The translations under genes and the position numbers were made by a program. Source: Guillardia theta CCMP2712 (Eukaryota; Protista; Cryptophyta). Taken from it: a stretch of 64,000 nucleotides of DNA. Within the stretch, counting starts at the first letter, position 1. Each line of letters begins with the position of its first letter. Location of the stretch: contig NW_005434518.1 in the NCBI RefSeq assembly GCF_000315625.1, positions 13,809-77,808 on the forward strand. Reading direction: 5' to 3'. Below the pieces are notes generated by a model. It saw only the letters and a program-made list of their open reading frames with translations. It made no database searches and had not been told where the DNA came from. Below are positions 46,259 through 59,557 of this stretch, in pieces.

Positions 46259-47157
46259 ATCTTTCTTAGTTATTGCATCCATCGTTAGATCATGGAATTG
46301 AGGACGTATATGTTGTGGGTCAGTATTCATGCACCTCAGATCACTTGTGATGTTTCATTAAGACCTCACGATAACATGTTTCAAAAATAATTTCAAACTC
46401 AAAAATAACATGAATCTTCGCAGCGGGAAATGACTGCACACTCCCAGACCCAACGCGAGAAAGTGCAGGGCCCCTGAGCCCTGCTCCATGGCTAAGAAGA
46501 GAGGAACAGGAGAGGCAGGAGCAGGACGTGGCGAGCATCGCTCTCCTTGCTTCAATCTCCCTCGACCAACTCGTCGAGCGCAGCCATAGCTCTTTTCCAG
46601 TACAGACCAGGTGCTGCCTGCCCTAAGGTAGCTACCGTGTCCTTCTCTCGTTCGATGACCTCCTGCTCAGGGCCTTGAGTATGCTCAACCTCTCCCCGCA
46701 AGTATCCTCACCTTTAGCGTCCTCCTCAGCCTGGAAGAGTGCGGGCAGTAGACTGTCTCCTCCTCCTGCTGATCAAGGCCATTGTGCCTGAAGTCTATGT
46801 CTGTGGACGTACCAACTTGCCTTGAAGGATCACCTTTGACATGATGAGAGGAGTTGAAGACGTTGGAGTAGATCGAATGATCAGTGTTCAACAACACCAG
46901 CCAGGAAACAGCATCTGGTCCGTGCATGTAAAGTCATAGAAATTGATACGCAGATGTGAAAAGACACCTACAAAGGTGCCAGCAAGATAAAAACAACCAC
47001 AAGGACTTGCTTTTGATGAAGCAGGAGAATTGAAATCGAAAGATCAATAAAAGGGAAAGTGCAATGCAAAGAGGAAAGTCAAAACTTCGTGAGTATACTT
47101 TATTGTCGTAATCGACTCAGACAAAGAAAACTCCGATCCACAGGCCTTCTTGCTCAT

Positions 47158-48582
47158 CTACACCCCCACCCTCCCCAGCAGCTTCACGATGTGCTCGGAC
47201 GCTTGCCTCCGCACAGCCTTTACTTGCTCCTCACCGCCAACGAGCCATCGGTCCCTTGGCAAGATGCGGCTGTAGTTGTCCGAGATGGTGCTCGCAAGCA
47301 TCGCATAGCCAAGCATCAACTCCCTGCTCACCTTGTGCATCGCCTTCCGGCGCCTCCGGGTAAGAATGGTGAGACCGCTGTTGGACATGTCGGCCAGAAG
47401 GTGTGGGGCGTAGTCGAGGCGAGGACGCACACAAAGCTTGACTCTGGCAGCAAAATTCTCGTAAGACACGCTGGTGTGATTGCAGAGTCTGATGAAATCC
47501 AGAAAGCTAAGGAAGACATCAACATGCAGGGAAGTGCGGCGGAGACTGGGCCTCAGGTCCCCGACGGCGTCTCGGAGGATGAGGGAGAACATGGCCGAGA
47601 AGGGCACGTCGTCGTCGGGCAGCAACTGCAGCATGTCTGCAAGCACCCCGGTGCTCAGCCCCACCCCTTCTGCCTCCCACAGGCCCAGGAACTCCGCCCT
47701 CCGAAACAGCTCCCTCCATGGGCACTGGCAACCGTTTTGGACGGCCTCCCTGAAGCCCCTCTCTGCAATGAGGTCGAGCATCTGGCGCATCATGTCCTGG
47801 TACTCGGCGCTTGCCCACGAGAACAGCCTCATGTACTTGGGCACTAGCACCTTCCTCCTGTACAAGTGCATGCGCAGCTCCTCCTCGCCGGTCAAGACAA
47901 GGGCCGGGCAGGCCAAGAACGCTCCTTTGTCCTGGATGACGTCGGCAAGGACGCGGTCTGCGAGGTAGTCGGCAGCCTCATCTCGGATAGAGGCAAGCTG
48001 CTCATCATCCATGTCCAGGTCAAGCAGGTGGTACCACCAACCCCTGTCCTCGCTGGCTGACCTGTAGATGTAGTAGCACAACACCAGGGCAGGGAAGACG
48101 GCGTTGAGGCCGTCGAGCTGAAGGTCGTTGAGCATGGACAGGCCGGTGCTCCTGCACCGTCGGCGCATCACAACGATAGGAGCTTCTTCCTGCATATACT
48201 CGCTCGCTAGGCATCCAACCAGCACGGCCGCGCACGCCACGATGGGCGGAATGAGGTCCTGAGGGACGATGGGAGCGAGCATAGCGGACAGCTCAGAGAC
48301 TAAGATGGAGGAGTTCGTGTCATAGCAGCTGTTGTCGTTGTTGATCGAAAGCATCATGCTAAAGTACAGGTGGTAGCGTGTTTCCTCCACGTCCTCTATC
48401 GCCCTCGCCTCCCCATTGCGCATCCCACTGGAGACCATGGTGTAACAGCCCCTCACGGAAGACAAGATGAGCCTGCCAGCGAGGGACTTGATCCTACAGC
48501 TGGCTCCTTGCAAGCTGCGCATGTGCTTGTCCATGACGCACATGATGAACTCTTGTTCGTTCCTGAACTTCGTCACGGGCAT
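47158..48582 (-). CDS. Array-2 orphan protein copy 3 (474 aa)
   Basis: Protein identical to copy 1. Confidence 0.8.
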   Translation of the reverse strand: MPVTKFRNEQEFIMCVMDKHMRSLQGASCRIKSLAGRLILSSVRGCYTMVSSGMRNGEARAIEDVEETRYHLYFSMMLSINNDNSCYDTNSSILVSELSAMLAPIVPQDLIPPIVACAAVLVGCLASEYMQEEAPIVVMRRRCRSTGLSMLNDLQLDGLNAVFPALVLCYYIYRSASEDRGWWYHLLDLDMDDEQLASIRDEAADYLADRVLADVIQDKGAFLACPALVLTGEEELRMHLYRRKVLVPKYMRLFSWASAEYQDMMRQMLDLIAERGFREAVQNGCQCPWRELFRRAEFLGLWEAEGVGLSTGVLADMLQLLPDDDVPFSAMFSLILRDAVGDLRPSLRRTSLHVDVFLSFLDFIRLCNHTSVSYENFAARVKLCVRPRLDYAPHLLADMSNSGLTILTRRRRKAMHKVSRELMLGYAMLASTISDNYSRILPRDRWLVGGEEQVKAVRRQASEHIVKLLGRVGV

Positions 48583-49884
48583 TTTTGTTTGCCCACCGCC
48601 CCGACCGCCATCTTAAGAAGGCCTCTCGGACCCACCCACCTCCAATTCCCACAAACAAGGGTCGAGTCAGGGGTACAGGGGTACAGGGGTCCTGCGCCTC
48701 CCACAAACCATCGAGAACATGGCTGGGGAGCAAGATAGTCAGATGAGATTGAAGATGTTTGATATCAGATGGTTTAACTTACATGCTTGTCTAAGTTTTC
48801 ATTGCTCATCTCTAACGACTGAGTATTTCAACACATGCTTACTTCACATACAGACGATTATCAAGTGAAATGGGTATGTAATGAAAGATTTACACGTCTT
48901 GTTGTCCAACACATGCTTACTTCACATACAGACGATTATCAAGTGAAATGGGTATGTAATGAAAGATTTACACGTCGTATTGTCCATCTTTCTTAGTTAT
49001 TGCCTCCATCGTTAGATCATGGAATTGAGGGCGTATATGTTGTGGGTCAGTATTCATGCACCTCAGAAAGCTTGTGATGTTTCATTAAGACCTCACGATA
49101 ACATGTTTCAAAAATAATTTCAAACTCAAAAATAACATGAATCTTCGCAGCGGGAAATGACTGCACACTCCCAGACCCAACGCGAGAAAGTGCAGGGCCC
49201 CTGAGCCCTGCTCCATGGCTAAGAAGAGAGGAACAGGAGAGGCAGGAGCAGGACGTGGCGAGCATCGCTCTCCTTGCTTCAATCTCCCTCGACCAACTCG
49301 TCGAGCGCAGCCATAGCTCTTTTCCAGTACAGACCAGGTGCTGCCTGCCCTAAGGTAGCTACCGTGTCCTTCTCTCGTTCGATGACCTCCTGCTCAGGGC
49401 CTTGAGTATGCTCAACCTCTCCCCGCAAGTATCCTCACCTTTAGCGTCCTCCTCAGCCTGGAAGAGTGCGGGCAGTAGACTGTCTCCTCCTCCTGCTGAT
49501 CAAGGCCATTGTGCCTGAAGTCTATGTCTGTGGACGTACCAACTTGCCTTGAAGGATCACCTTTGACATGATGAGAGGAGTTGAAGACGTTGGAGTAGAT
49601 CGAATGATCAGTGTTCAACAACACCAGCCAGGAAACAGCATCTGGTCCGTGCATGTAAAGTCATAGAAATTGATACGCAGATGTGAAAAGACACCTACAA
49701 AGGTGCCAGCAAGATAAAAACAACCACAAGGACTTGCTTTTGATGAAGCAGGAGAATTGAAATCGAAAGATCAATAAAAGGGAAAGTGCAATGCAAAGAG
49801 GAAAGTCAAAACTTCGTGAGTATACTTTATTGTCGTAATCGACTCAGACAAAGAAAACTCCGATCCACAGGCCTTCTTGCTCAT

Positions 49885-51089
49885 CTACACCCCCACCCTC
49901 CCCAGCAGCTTCACGATGTGCTCGGACGCTTGCCTCCGCACAGCCTTTACTTGCTCCTCACCGCCAACGAGCCATCGGTCCCTTGGCAAGATGCGGCTGT
50001 AGTTGTCCGAGATGGTGCTCGCAAGCATCGCATAGCCAAGCATCAACTCCCTGCTCACCTTGTGCATCGCCTTCCGGCGCCTCCGGGTAAGAATGGTGAG
50101 ACCGCTGTTGGACATGTCGGCCAGAAGGTGTGGGGCGTAGTCGAGGCGAGGACGCACACAAAGCTTGACTCTGGCAGCAAAATTCTCGTAAGACACGCTG
50201 GTGTGATTGCAGAGTCTGATGAAATCCAGAAAGCTAAGGAAGACATCAACATGCAGGGAAGTGCGGCGGAGACTGGGCCTCAGGTCCCCGACGGCGTCTC
50301 GGAGGATGAGGGAGAACATGGCCGAGAAGGGCACGTCGTCGTCGGGCAGCAACTGCAGCATGTCTGCAAGCACCCCGGTGCTCAGCCCCACCCCTTCTGC
50401 CTCCCACAGGCCCAGGAACTCCGCCCTCCGAAACAGCTCCCTCCATGGGCACTGGCAACCGTTTTGGACGGCCTCCCTGAAGCCCCTCTCTGCAATGAGG
50501 TCGAGCATCTGGCGCATCATGTCCTGGTACTCGGCGCTTGCCCACGAGAACAGCCTCATGTACTTGGGCACTAGCACCTTCCTCCTGTACAAGTGCATGC
50601 GCAGCTCCTCCTCGCCGGTCAAGACAAGGGCCGGGCAGGCCAAGAACGCTCCTTTGTCCTGGATGACGTCGGCAAGGACGCGGTCTGCGAGGTAGTCGGC
50701 AGCCTCATCTCGGATAGAGGCAAGCTGCTCATCATCCATGTCCAGGTCAAGCAGGTGGTACCACCAACCCCTGTCCTCGCTGGCTGACCTGTAGATGTAG
50801 TAGCACAACACCAGGGCAGGGAAGACGGCGTTGAGGCCGTCGAGCTGAAGGTCGTTGAGCATGGACAGGCCGGTGCTCCTGCACCGTCGGCGCATCACAA
50901 CGATAGGAGCTTCTTCCTGCATATACTCGCTCGCTAGGCATCCAACCAGCACGGCCGCGCACGCCACGATGGGCGGAATGAGGTCCTGAGGGACGATGGG
51001 AGCGAGCATAGCGGACAGCTCAGAGACTAAGATGGAGGAGTTCGTGTCATACGCAGCTGTTGTCGTTGTTGATCGAAAGCATCATGCTA
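49885..51089 (-). CDS. Array-2 orphan protein copy 4 (5' end lost in assembly gap)
   Basis: Identical C-terminal 374 aa; small indels right beside the gap are probably read errors. Confidence 0.7.
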
Positions 51090-51189
51090 NNNNNNNNNNN
51101 NNNNNNNNNNNNNNNNNNNNNNNNNNNNNNNNNNNNNNNNNNNNNNNNNNNNNNNNNNNNNNNNNNNNNNNNNNNNNNNNNNNNNNNNN

Positions 51190-53805
51190 GGAACTAATTA
51201 GGAGGGGAGGTGGGAAAGGCAGTCTGGTAAACCTGATTTTGTCTTGGATGTCACGGCGGCGCGTGACTTGATAGTCATCAAAGAGGGCCTTCGGTGACTG
51301 TGAGGCAGAGAAGCAGGCGAAGGGAGGAGGAGAGGAGGAGGAGAGGAGAGGAGAGGAGAGGAGAGGAGAGGAGAGGAGAGGAGAGGAGAGGAGAGGAGAG
51401 GAGAGGAGAGGAGAGGAGGAGAAAAAGGGGGAAGGACGGTGATGGCGCCTGTTGCTCTATCTTCTGTCTACCTTGGTGGATCGTCGAAGAGCAGACATTC
51501 GTTCCCTGGCCTCGTCCAGCGTCTACAACAGTCACATCCTGTGGGAGAAGAGAGGCAGGGTAGGAACCTGAAGCTTCTCCTTGGAAAAGTCAAAGTCTTC
51601 GTCTCCTAGGAATTTTCCTCGTCCCACTTGGCCGTCAAGATCTGTGCTGTCGACGTAGGAAGACCACACATGCCCTGGTTTGCAATCTGCTAGAAAGAAT
51701 GACAAAGTTAGAGGAGAGGAGGAGAGGAGGAAGCGGGAGAGGACAGAGAGGGAGTGGAGAGAGAGTGAAGAGGATATGGAAGAGCGATGAGAGCTGCGCA
51801 CCGGCTGACAGCCTTGTAGTCGAGTCGGTGAATTGTCTGACTCCGCTAGAATTGCTGGAAGAGGCAAGGGGAAGAGGAGAACAACAAGGAAGAGAGCAAC
51901 AGAGACGATCGAGGTTCGAGGCAGACAAAGAAGGGGAGGAGGGAGAAGGCGGGGAGAGGTCAGACTCATTCTTCACCATCCCCACATTTCAACTCACAAG
52001 GGGGATTTCTCAGGTGACTTCTTGCTGCTCCGAGGAGGCGTTGCCCGGGATGGACTCTTTCCGTTGCTGTGCTTCTGCATCTTCCGCTTACCGACGTGCT
52101 TCACTGAGGACGCGGAAAGTTACCTGGCGCCGGCGGGCAATGCCTGACAAACCCTCTGGGGAGTAGGAGGGATCCTCCTGGGTGAGGGTAACATGACATC
52201 ATGGCAGGGAGAGATCGGAAAGCGGAGGAGACGGCAGGAAAGCAAGGAGACAGCGAAGAGTCTTAGAGGGGAGGATGATGGGGGGATACGGAGGCTCGGA
52301 GATCAGTGGGAGGGGGGAGGGTATGAGATGATGTATGGAGGATTGGTACCTTATTCAAGGGTACGGGCAAGGGATCGTCCTTAGCAAGAGGAGTCTGCGG
52401 TGAGAGTCAAACGAGTTGAACGAGGATAGAGTCGTGATAAGCAGAATGAAGCGGAGATGAGGGAGAAGCCGGGGTGAGGGGAAGAATCGAGTGAGAAGGG
52501 GTTCGAAGGTAACTTGAAGGAGCGAGAGGAGGGAGAGAGAGGAGGGAGAGGAGGGAGAGGAGGGAGAGGAGACTTGGAATTTAAGATGAAGATGCAAAAA
52601 GGTTTGACCTGCTTCCACCACGGCCAATTCGACGGTTCTCCTCTCTTCTTCCACTTCTGAAATAATAGGTCATTCTGTGAAAGGAATAGTAGAGGGTAGG
52701 GACGAGTGGGCAGGAGAGGACTGTATGAGGAAGAGAAGAGGCGGAAAGGAGAGAGGAATAGCGGAAATGTGGACGATAGTCGGAGGGAACGAGGAACAGG
52801 GAAGGGGAGGTGTGGGAGGGCCAAATGCGGAGGAAGAGGGAGGAGGAGGGAAGGAGAAGGAATGGGGGAGGGTTGGAAGGGGGGGGGGGAGGTATCGGGT
52901 CAACCTCTGCCTGGGATTTCCTATATTGTTCCGTTGCCAAGGTGTTTCTCATGTAGCTCCTCGTACGAAGGTCCGGCGGCGACACGTCACCTATAGGCAA
53001 ACTGCATGATGAGAAGGGAGGAGGAAGGGAGGAGGAAGGGAGGAGGAAGGGAGAGAGCCGGGGAGGAGGACTCAAAGCAGGAGGAGGTTGGAAAGCTGCA
53101 GCGAGGGAGGAAGGGGGAGAGGGAGGGGAGTGGAAAGAGGAGAAGAGTGGAGCCAACGGCGTACTTTTCCATCTCTCGATGTTCGACTGCAGCGAACGGT
53201 CGACCTTCCCGTCTCTCTTGTGCGTCCTGTCAAGAGAGTGGCTCCTAACGTGCTGCGAACCCGATCTCAGACAAACAAGACGCAAGGCCTTCAGCATCAG
53301 AGCAGACAAGGTTGAGAAGGCAACAGAACCCTCCAAGACTAAGAAACGAGGGGGAGGAGGAGCTCTCCATGATTCACCTGGCGGCTGCTCCCATCGGCGG
53401 GACTTCGACCTCTCCTGCCAGGGGAAACACCAACCGACAGCTGCTGCTTCTTCTTCCCTATCAACCGCCGCCTCAATCCTCTTCCTCCACCCACCCTCTC
53501 GTAGTACCGGATTTCGAAGACTGGGGGGTCCTCGTCTTAGTCGAGAGCCTCTCCATCCACCCCTCTTCCTCCTCCAAGACGCTTCCCGACCCGCTGGTCT
53601 TCTCGTCCTCTCCTGTTGGGTAGATGCTGTGCTGTAACCCCCGGGGCCTCGACGACCCTCCCCGGGATCCTCCTATGAGAAAGGTGCAATGTGGGGCGCT
53701 GTCGGCAAGGTAACGTGCGAGCTGCTTCTTCCTCAGCGAGCTCTCGACTCTCGCCTTCATCTCATCGTACGCATGCTGCATCTCGGCAGGCTCAGCTCCT
53801 TTCAT
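51190..53805 (-). CDS. Hypothetical multi-exon low-complexity protein (3' end in gap)
   Basis: Exon-like segments bounded by GT/AG: MKGAEPAEMQHAYDEMKARVESSLRKKQLA, DGKVDRSLQSNIERWK, KWKKRGEPSNWPWWKQ, EDPSYSPEGLSGIARRRQ, DCKPGHVWSSYVDSTDLDG; introns pyrimidine-rich on the minus strand. Confidence 0.55.
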
Positions 53806-54286
53806 CTGGCTGATGGCGGGGGAGACTGGAGCGAAGGATTCGTAAGGCACGAATGGCGGGTGGGGGAGGGGCAGCGGAGAGGAGATGAAGCTTGTACGAG
53901 TCTGGGTGGGACAAGACTGATACAGTCTGAGATGGTAGAGGAGGGGAGTGAGGAGGAGGAAGAGAGGTACACAGGGGAGGAGGGGAGGAGGGAGGAGGGA
54001 GGGGGAGGGGGAGGGGGAAAGGGAGACGTTGTAAAACTGCCTCTGAGTAGTTTTAGAATTATTAGTTGCGTACTGCTCGCTAAGGTCGTACTTATTAATA
54101 ATATTTTATGATTTTTTGTAATGTTTTTATAATAAAAGAGTTTTAAAAAGTACCAAATCAAAATAGGTCATCATGTGGTATAACAACAAAGCAGGACCTG
54201 GGCGATTTGCCGCCAATGCGCTACTAGCAGGAGAAAAGCGGCAGGGGCAGGGGCAGGGGCAGGAAGAGGAGGAGGAGCCGCTGACA

Positions 54287-57200
54287 ATGCGCATGAATGG
54301 AGACACTCGGTCCTGTGCTGAGATCGTAGGACAAGATAGGAAATGGCAGGGCCCAGCAAGTGAGGAGGGAGGAGACAGGATTTCCTGATATTGTAGCAGG
54401 AGACTGGTCAGAGCTATAGAAACACGTTTCTCAGGAGAGAGCTGAGATTTCTCTGCAGGTGGTAGAGGAGGCAATATGTCAGCTTCAACTGTGTCCGAGC
54501 TGCTAAGGTGCATGAACCGAAGCTATGAAGCCCCTGCCCAGGGAAGGTCGGCACTCCCACGAGATGGGGTGAGAAACCTTAGCTTTAAGAAAGTCTCAGG
54601 CAAGACAAATGCCTCTGGTGGAGAGGAGAGCTTCAGCGACAGGCAGCAGAGAGGGCAGAGCGCGGACGAGCTGTGGTTGGCGCACATGGCGGGAAAACGG
54701 ATGCTGCCAGACTTCATTATGGAAACCGACTGGAAACAACTGTCTGTCCTCATTGCGGAGGTTCAGAGAGTTGCAGTCACCAAGTGCTTGACGACCCGCA
54801 CCAACGCTTGCTCGAGGAGCAAGAGGATGAGCTCTGTAGACAACATCGTCTGCTTCCTCGTCAAGGCAGCCTACTCTTCCCAACTCAAAGATAAAACTTC
54901 GGTTTCCATTTCACTCAGTCGGAAATGTGGTGAGGTCTTGAACGCCGCATGCAGCCTGTCGGAGGACTTGATGGTTGTCTTGCTGTCCTTGTGTCTGTGA
55001 TGCTGAACCATGTTCGAGCAGAAAGGATTGTCCTGTACCCTGTATATCCTCGAGATTGCCAAGGAAATAGATACGAAGGGGGATGTATTCGTTCCCTTGC
55101 TTCGAGACAGGACCCGCTACCTCTTTTCTGCGTCAAGGTTCACAACTCCGAGCAGTGATGACGGAATCTCTTTCAACCAACTTTCTTATCATTTCTGGGA
55201 CCTGCTTGTGAGTCCGACGTTGCAAGAAGCCCGGAATATGTTGTACAGGATTTTCCGTCACTTGTTGTCAAACAAGGAATCCTCGAAAATCTTTGATCTG
55301 GTGATGCCCAGTGAAGTCTTCATTGTTTTCAGGGATGATTGTGCCCTTCTACAGATTTCATCGCAACTGGAGCCAGATGGCTCGTGTCTTGGTTTAGCTG
55401 CAATCATGATACGATTGCTTTCAAGGTCGGACGAGATCAGCGGTATGAAGGCTGGGGCTGACCGACACCTGTTGACAAGTTTCTGATCAGCACGGTCCGT
55501 CCAAGAGCTGGTAGACAACGAAGTCACTTCCGCTCTGTCCGCATGCAATGCTGAGAAGATGGGAAGATGCATTCTCATCATGATCTTTCTCTCAGAGGTA
55601 AAAGAGCTGCCTGTAGTTTTCTCTGATGTTTCAACCAGGACGTGAAGAATCTCCATACCTCCCTGAGGGGTTGGGCGATACACGAGCTCTGGATGCGAAA
55701 GGTGAGACTTGGAATGACATGCTGAAGAGGTTGAGGCCCTTTATGCACAGCTCATCGTACGGGGGAACAACAATCCCTCATGCTCGAAGAAGTGTGTTTC
55801 TATGATGATCGGATTGATGAAGGTCGACCGACTGCCCTCCTGTCTGTCCCGTCTCAAGTGGCTGACGTCCCAACAGCAACTGGTCGCTCAAGACTCTTGG
55901 CACTCGTCCGCCTATCGGATACAAGGGGATTCCCTCAAAATGCACGTTAGCGCCTTGACCAACTCAAACCTCCAAAAGTGCTACGTCCGGGACTACACAG
56001 TGACAACCATCAGCTAGTGAACAATTCTGTGACCTTGTCTTAGGTGCTTGCGAAGTCAAGGCTGTCAGAGCTCAGCGGGCTCGTCGAGGGAGCATGTGCC
56101 GCAGCAGGTATCGATGCGTTGGAGGATGGTAGACCGGACGGCAGCGAGCTGGAGACGACGGTGAGATCTCAGTATCAGATCAACGGCACGTGTGAGATGA
56201 GAACAGGCCGAGGGCAGCCCAGCAGGTCTCCAGAGATCCTTTGACCTTCTCTGCTCGTAAGTGATGGAGGTGATGGGTCGGTTCGTGTGCTCACTGGGCC
56301 AACGCAGGCGTTTCGAGGAGAATCTTTCGTCCTTCCAGATCTACGAGGCCTCGGCAGACCTTACCAAGGAGATCGAGCGATGTGGTCAGGTGGTGGAAAC
56401 ACTCGAGGAGCAGTCGGCGTTCCTTAGCAGCTTCAGCGTCACGTTCCTCAATGGCATGCTGAAGCTCTTCATCGCCCACTGCAACAGGTCCATCGAGAGC
56501 GACCTACCCGCTCCTGCCCTAGGATGTCACCTGTGGCTGTCTCGATGCTTCTTGGTCGTTGCAGCCCATGGCAGACTGCTGGATGCCGTTGTTGACCTCG
56601 CGAGGAAGTTGCTCTCGGAACAACATGACCAGCTCGACAGCGCTCAGCACACGGTCTTGACCTACTTGATGCTCCACTCCTTCTCCCTCCAGTACTCTCA
56701 ACCCCTCAGCTCGTCTCCACCAGTGTCAGAGAAGCCTTTCGGTCAGAGGCCGAAGACTGCGGGAGAGTGCGGAGGCTCTTGTTGGTTCTTGGAGGTGCTG
56801 CTGTCGCTTCTCAGGCATGGCGCCCGGGGGAGGAGGACGGTAGTCGAGATCTGCTGTACTTACCTGCAAGTCGCTGCCTGCGAGTTTCCATTGATCCATG
56901 TTGCCCATGAAGATCAGGAGGGCAGTGCAGCTAATGATTCCTTGGCTCCCGACAGCCTCCGTCATCAAGATCAGCAGCGAGTCGCCGTGGTCCCCTCGCT
57001 GATCGTCTCGCTCCTCAAGTGGATCTCGGGGAGGTTTGACTTTGCCGGCCAGGACTTGGGTCATGCCCGCAACAACGTCGAATACCTCATGGCTGCTCCT
57101 GTCCTCTCCTCCCTGGTCGCAGAGACAAGACTCAGTCTGACGCACTTCCTCGATTTCGAACTTCGTACCCCCGATGAAGGCGGCGACAGAGACCTGAGGC

Positions 57201-59269
57201 TGAATCACATGCAGTGTTTCTTCTCAGAGGCCGTGAGGAAAGATTGCAACAACGACACTGAAAGGTTCTTCATGACGGTCTTCAGAGCCCTCACCGTCGG
57301 CAATCTGTCAGACACGAGGGGGAGGAACGATGTGATCGTGGCTGTTGTTGGATTTCTTGATGAGTTTGTAGCACCTCAACTACACGTGGACAGATTCTTG
57401 TTGGAGTATGTTGATGCTGTGCGAAGGACGGAACAAGGGGATAGCAAGAAAGTTCGAGAGAAGATAGAAACAGTCCTAAATGTCTGCAATCTTTTCCCGT
57501 CAAGACTAATCTTCGCTTCTTGTGACGATCAGCAAGAGCCGAATCTTCGTTTCCTGCAGACATTCTCAACTGTCTGCCAGGTTGTCTTCGAGGGCCAGGA
57601 GAGCAAGACTTCAACTGGCGAGATGTTTCCGCTCTCTCTCGCAAGGTTTATCATGAGGGGTATGAAACACACCGGACAAGACTTGTTTTCTCAGACAACG
57701 GGACGGAATCTTTCTTTCCTCGTGCGGCTGCTGCTGTTTCGATACCATGCCCTCTCCATCGACATGCGGCAAAACCTGCCAAAGCACAGGCTGATGGAAC
57801 TGTTCGTTTTCATTGGGGGTTTACTCTCCTCTGAAATTGATGCGTCCACAGACATATCTTCCCTGAAGAATTTCTTAGAAGGATATCAGGGACGGCAGAT
57901 GTTTGTGATGTTGCTGCGAAGTTACACGATGCTGTCCGAGGAACGAGAATCATTCTCATCGTCTCAAAGTTTCTTTCCGCCATCGTTAGCCAAGCTGATT
58001 CAGAAATGCGATGCAGAATGCAAGCAAGCGATGGCAATGGCTCTTGTTGAAGCGGCAGGAAGGGACGGCGAAATGTCAAGGGAGGAAAAGGAGGGGGGAA
58101 GCATGAAGACGATGAGACTTTGTTGCTGTGAGCATGGGAAGGGGAGCTACGCTGCTTCCTTCTTGTTGGAGTCGTTCAGGCTGTCGTCGGATGACTCTTG
58201 GGTGGATCTTGTACAGTCTTGCTTCAAGGATGATCGCAGAGCAGTTGAGGCTCTTCTTGTCATGGTCTTGTCCACCATAACTTCGAGGTACACTTGTGCT
58301 GCTGATGGGGGGAGGAGAGGAGAGGAGAGGAGAAGAGAGGAGAGGAGAGGAGAGGAGAGGAGAGGAGAGAAGGGGAGAGGAGAGGAGAGGAGAGGAGTGG
58401 AGAGGAGAGGAGAGGAGAGGAGAGGAGGTCAGGGGCAAGACGAGGGGAGGCAGTAGGTGATGTTTGACTCTTCCATGACGCGGTACAGGGGCGGAGGGCC
58501 AGCCACCGTGATCGACATTCTGCTGTCCTTCAACCCTCAACAGACTGAGAGGTTGACCAGAAGGCTCGTTGCTGGCTGCGGTCGGGGTAGTTCTCGACCC
58601 CTCCCACTTTCCCTTCTCCCTTACGGACTGTGCCAGTTGCCCTCCTGACTTGCTCGTGCGGAGAAAAGTCGAATCTGAGTGACGTGAAGAAGAAGGTAGG
58701 TTTCCTTTCTCCTCTCCTCCTTCCCTCACGCCTTTCTCTTCCCGTCCTCCTCTATCTCGATCTCGATCTCCCTCCTACCTCCTCATTCCCTCTCCCGCTC
58801 GTGTTACTATTTCCTCCTCCTTTTATGCATCTTCTTGCTATCCCAGTCTGTCATGTTACCATCCTCCTCTTCCTTCATCTTCCCCGCCTATTTTTTCTCC
58901 TGCTCCTCTTCCTCCTCCTCCTTGGTAAAGCTGAGCGTTCAGATTTTCTCTCTGCTCAACTACGTCACGGCGAGACAAACTCAAACTTGTAGGGGAGGAA
59001 ATGAAGAGGTGAACGCAGAGCCTTTTCCTTGCTCCTCCCCTACCTCTTCCTTCCGTCCTTGCCTCTCACCCTAACGACTATCGTCCACTTCCTCCTATTC
59101 CTCTTCCTTCCTCCTTCTACCACCACCACCACATCATCATCTTCCTAATTTTCATCTTTTCCTGCTCTTCGTCTCGCCACTTTCTCGTGGTTCCTCCTGA
59201 CATGTCCAACAGGGAGCGACGAATCTGCCTCATGAAGAAGAGAGCATGCCTGTCGAGGCGCTCGAGTGA
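54287..59269 (+). CDS. FANCA: Fanconi anemia group A (FANCA)-like protein, multi-exon
   Basis: Spliced translation gives collinear blocks resembling remembered human FANCA: SCSKKCVSMMIGLMK-QLVAQDS; VRDYT-VLAKSRLSEL; RLLDAVVDLARKLLSEQHDQLDSAQHTVLTYLMLH; FLDFEL...DCNNDTERFFMTVFRAL. Start and end approximate. Confidence 0.75.
58311..58426. repeat. (GAGAG)n microsatellite in a FANCA-like gene intron
   Basis: Imperfect pentamer run between the GT donor near 58288 and the acceptor near 58456. Confidence 0.9.
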
Positions 59270-59451
59270 CAGCATAAGGAAGGGAAGGGGGTAAGGGGAG
59301 AGGAGGAGGGAGGAGGAAACGAAGTTAGTCAAGGGCGAGGTGGAGCCGGGGAAAGGGAAGGGGAAAAGCAGGAGGAGGAGGAGGAAAAGCAGGAGGAGGA
59401 GGAGAAGGAGCAGCAGGAGGAGGAGGAGGAGGAGGAGGAGGAGGAGGAGGA

Positions 59452-59527
<76 letters not shown>

Positions 59528-59557
59528 GAGAGAGACGATAATAAAATCAATTTCATT

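Larger units (their letters stand above)
41426..51089 (-). repeat. Tandem array 2: at least four ~2.7-kb units each carrying a 474-aa intronless ORF
   Basis: ORF ends at 41774, 44432, 47158 and 49885 (period 2726-2727 for the gap-free units); near-identical sequence; gap at 44121-44220; cut off by gap at 51090-51189. Confidence 0.95.
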
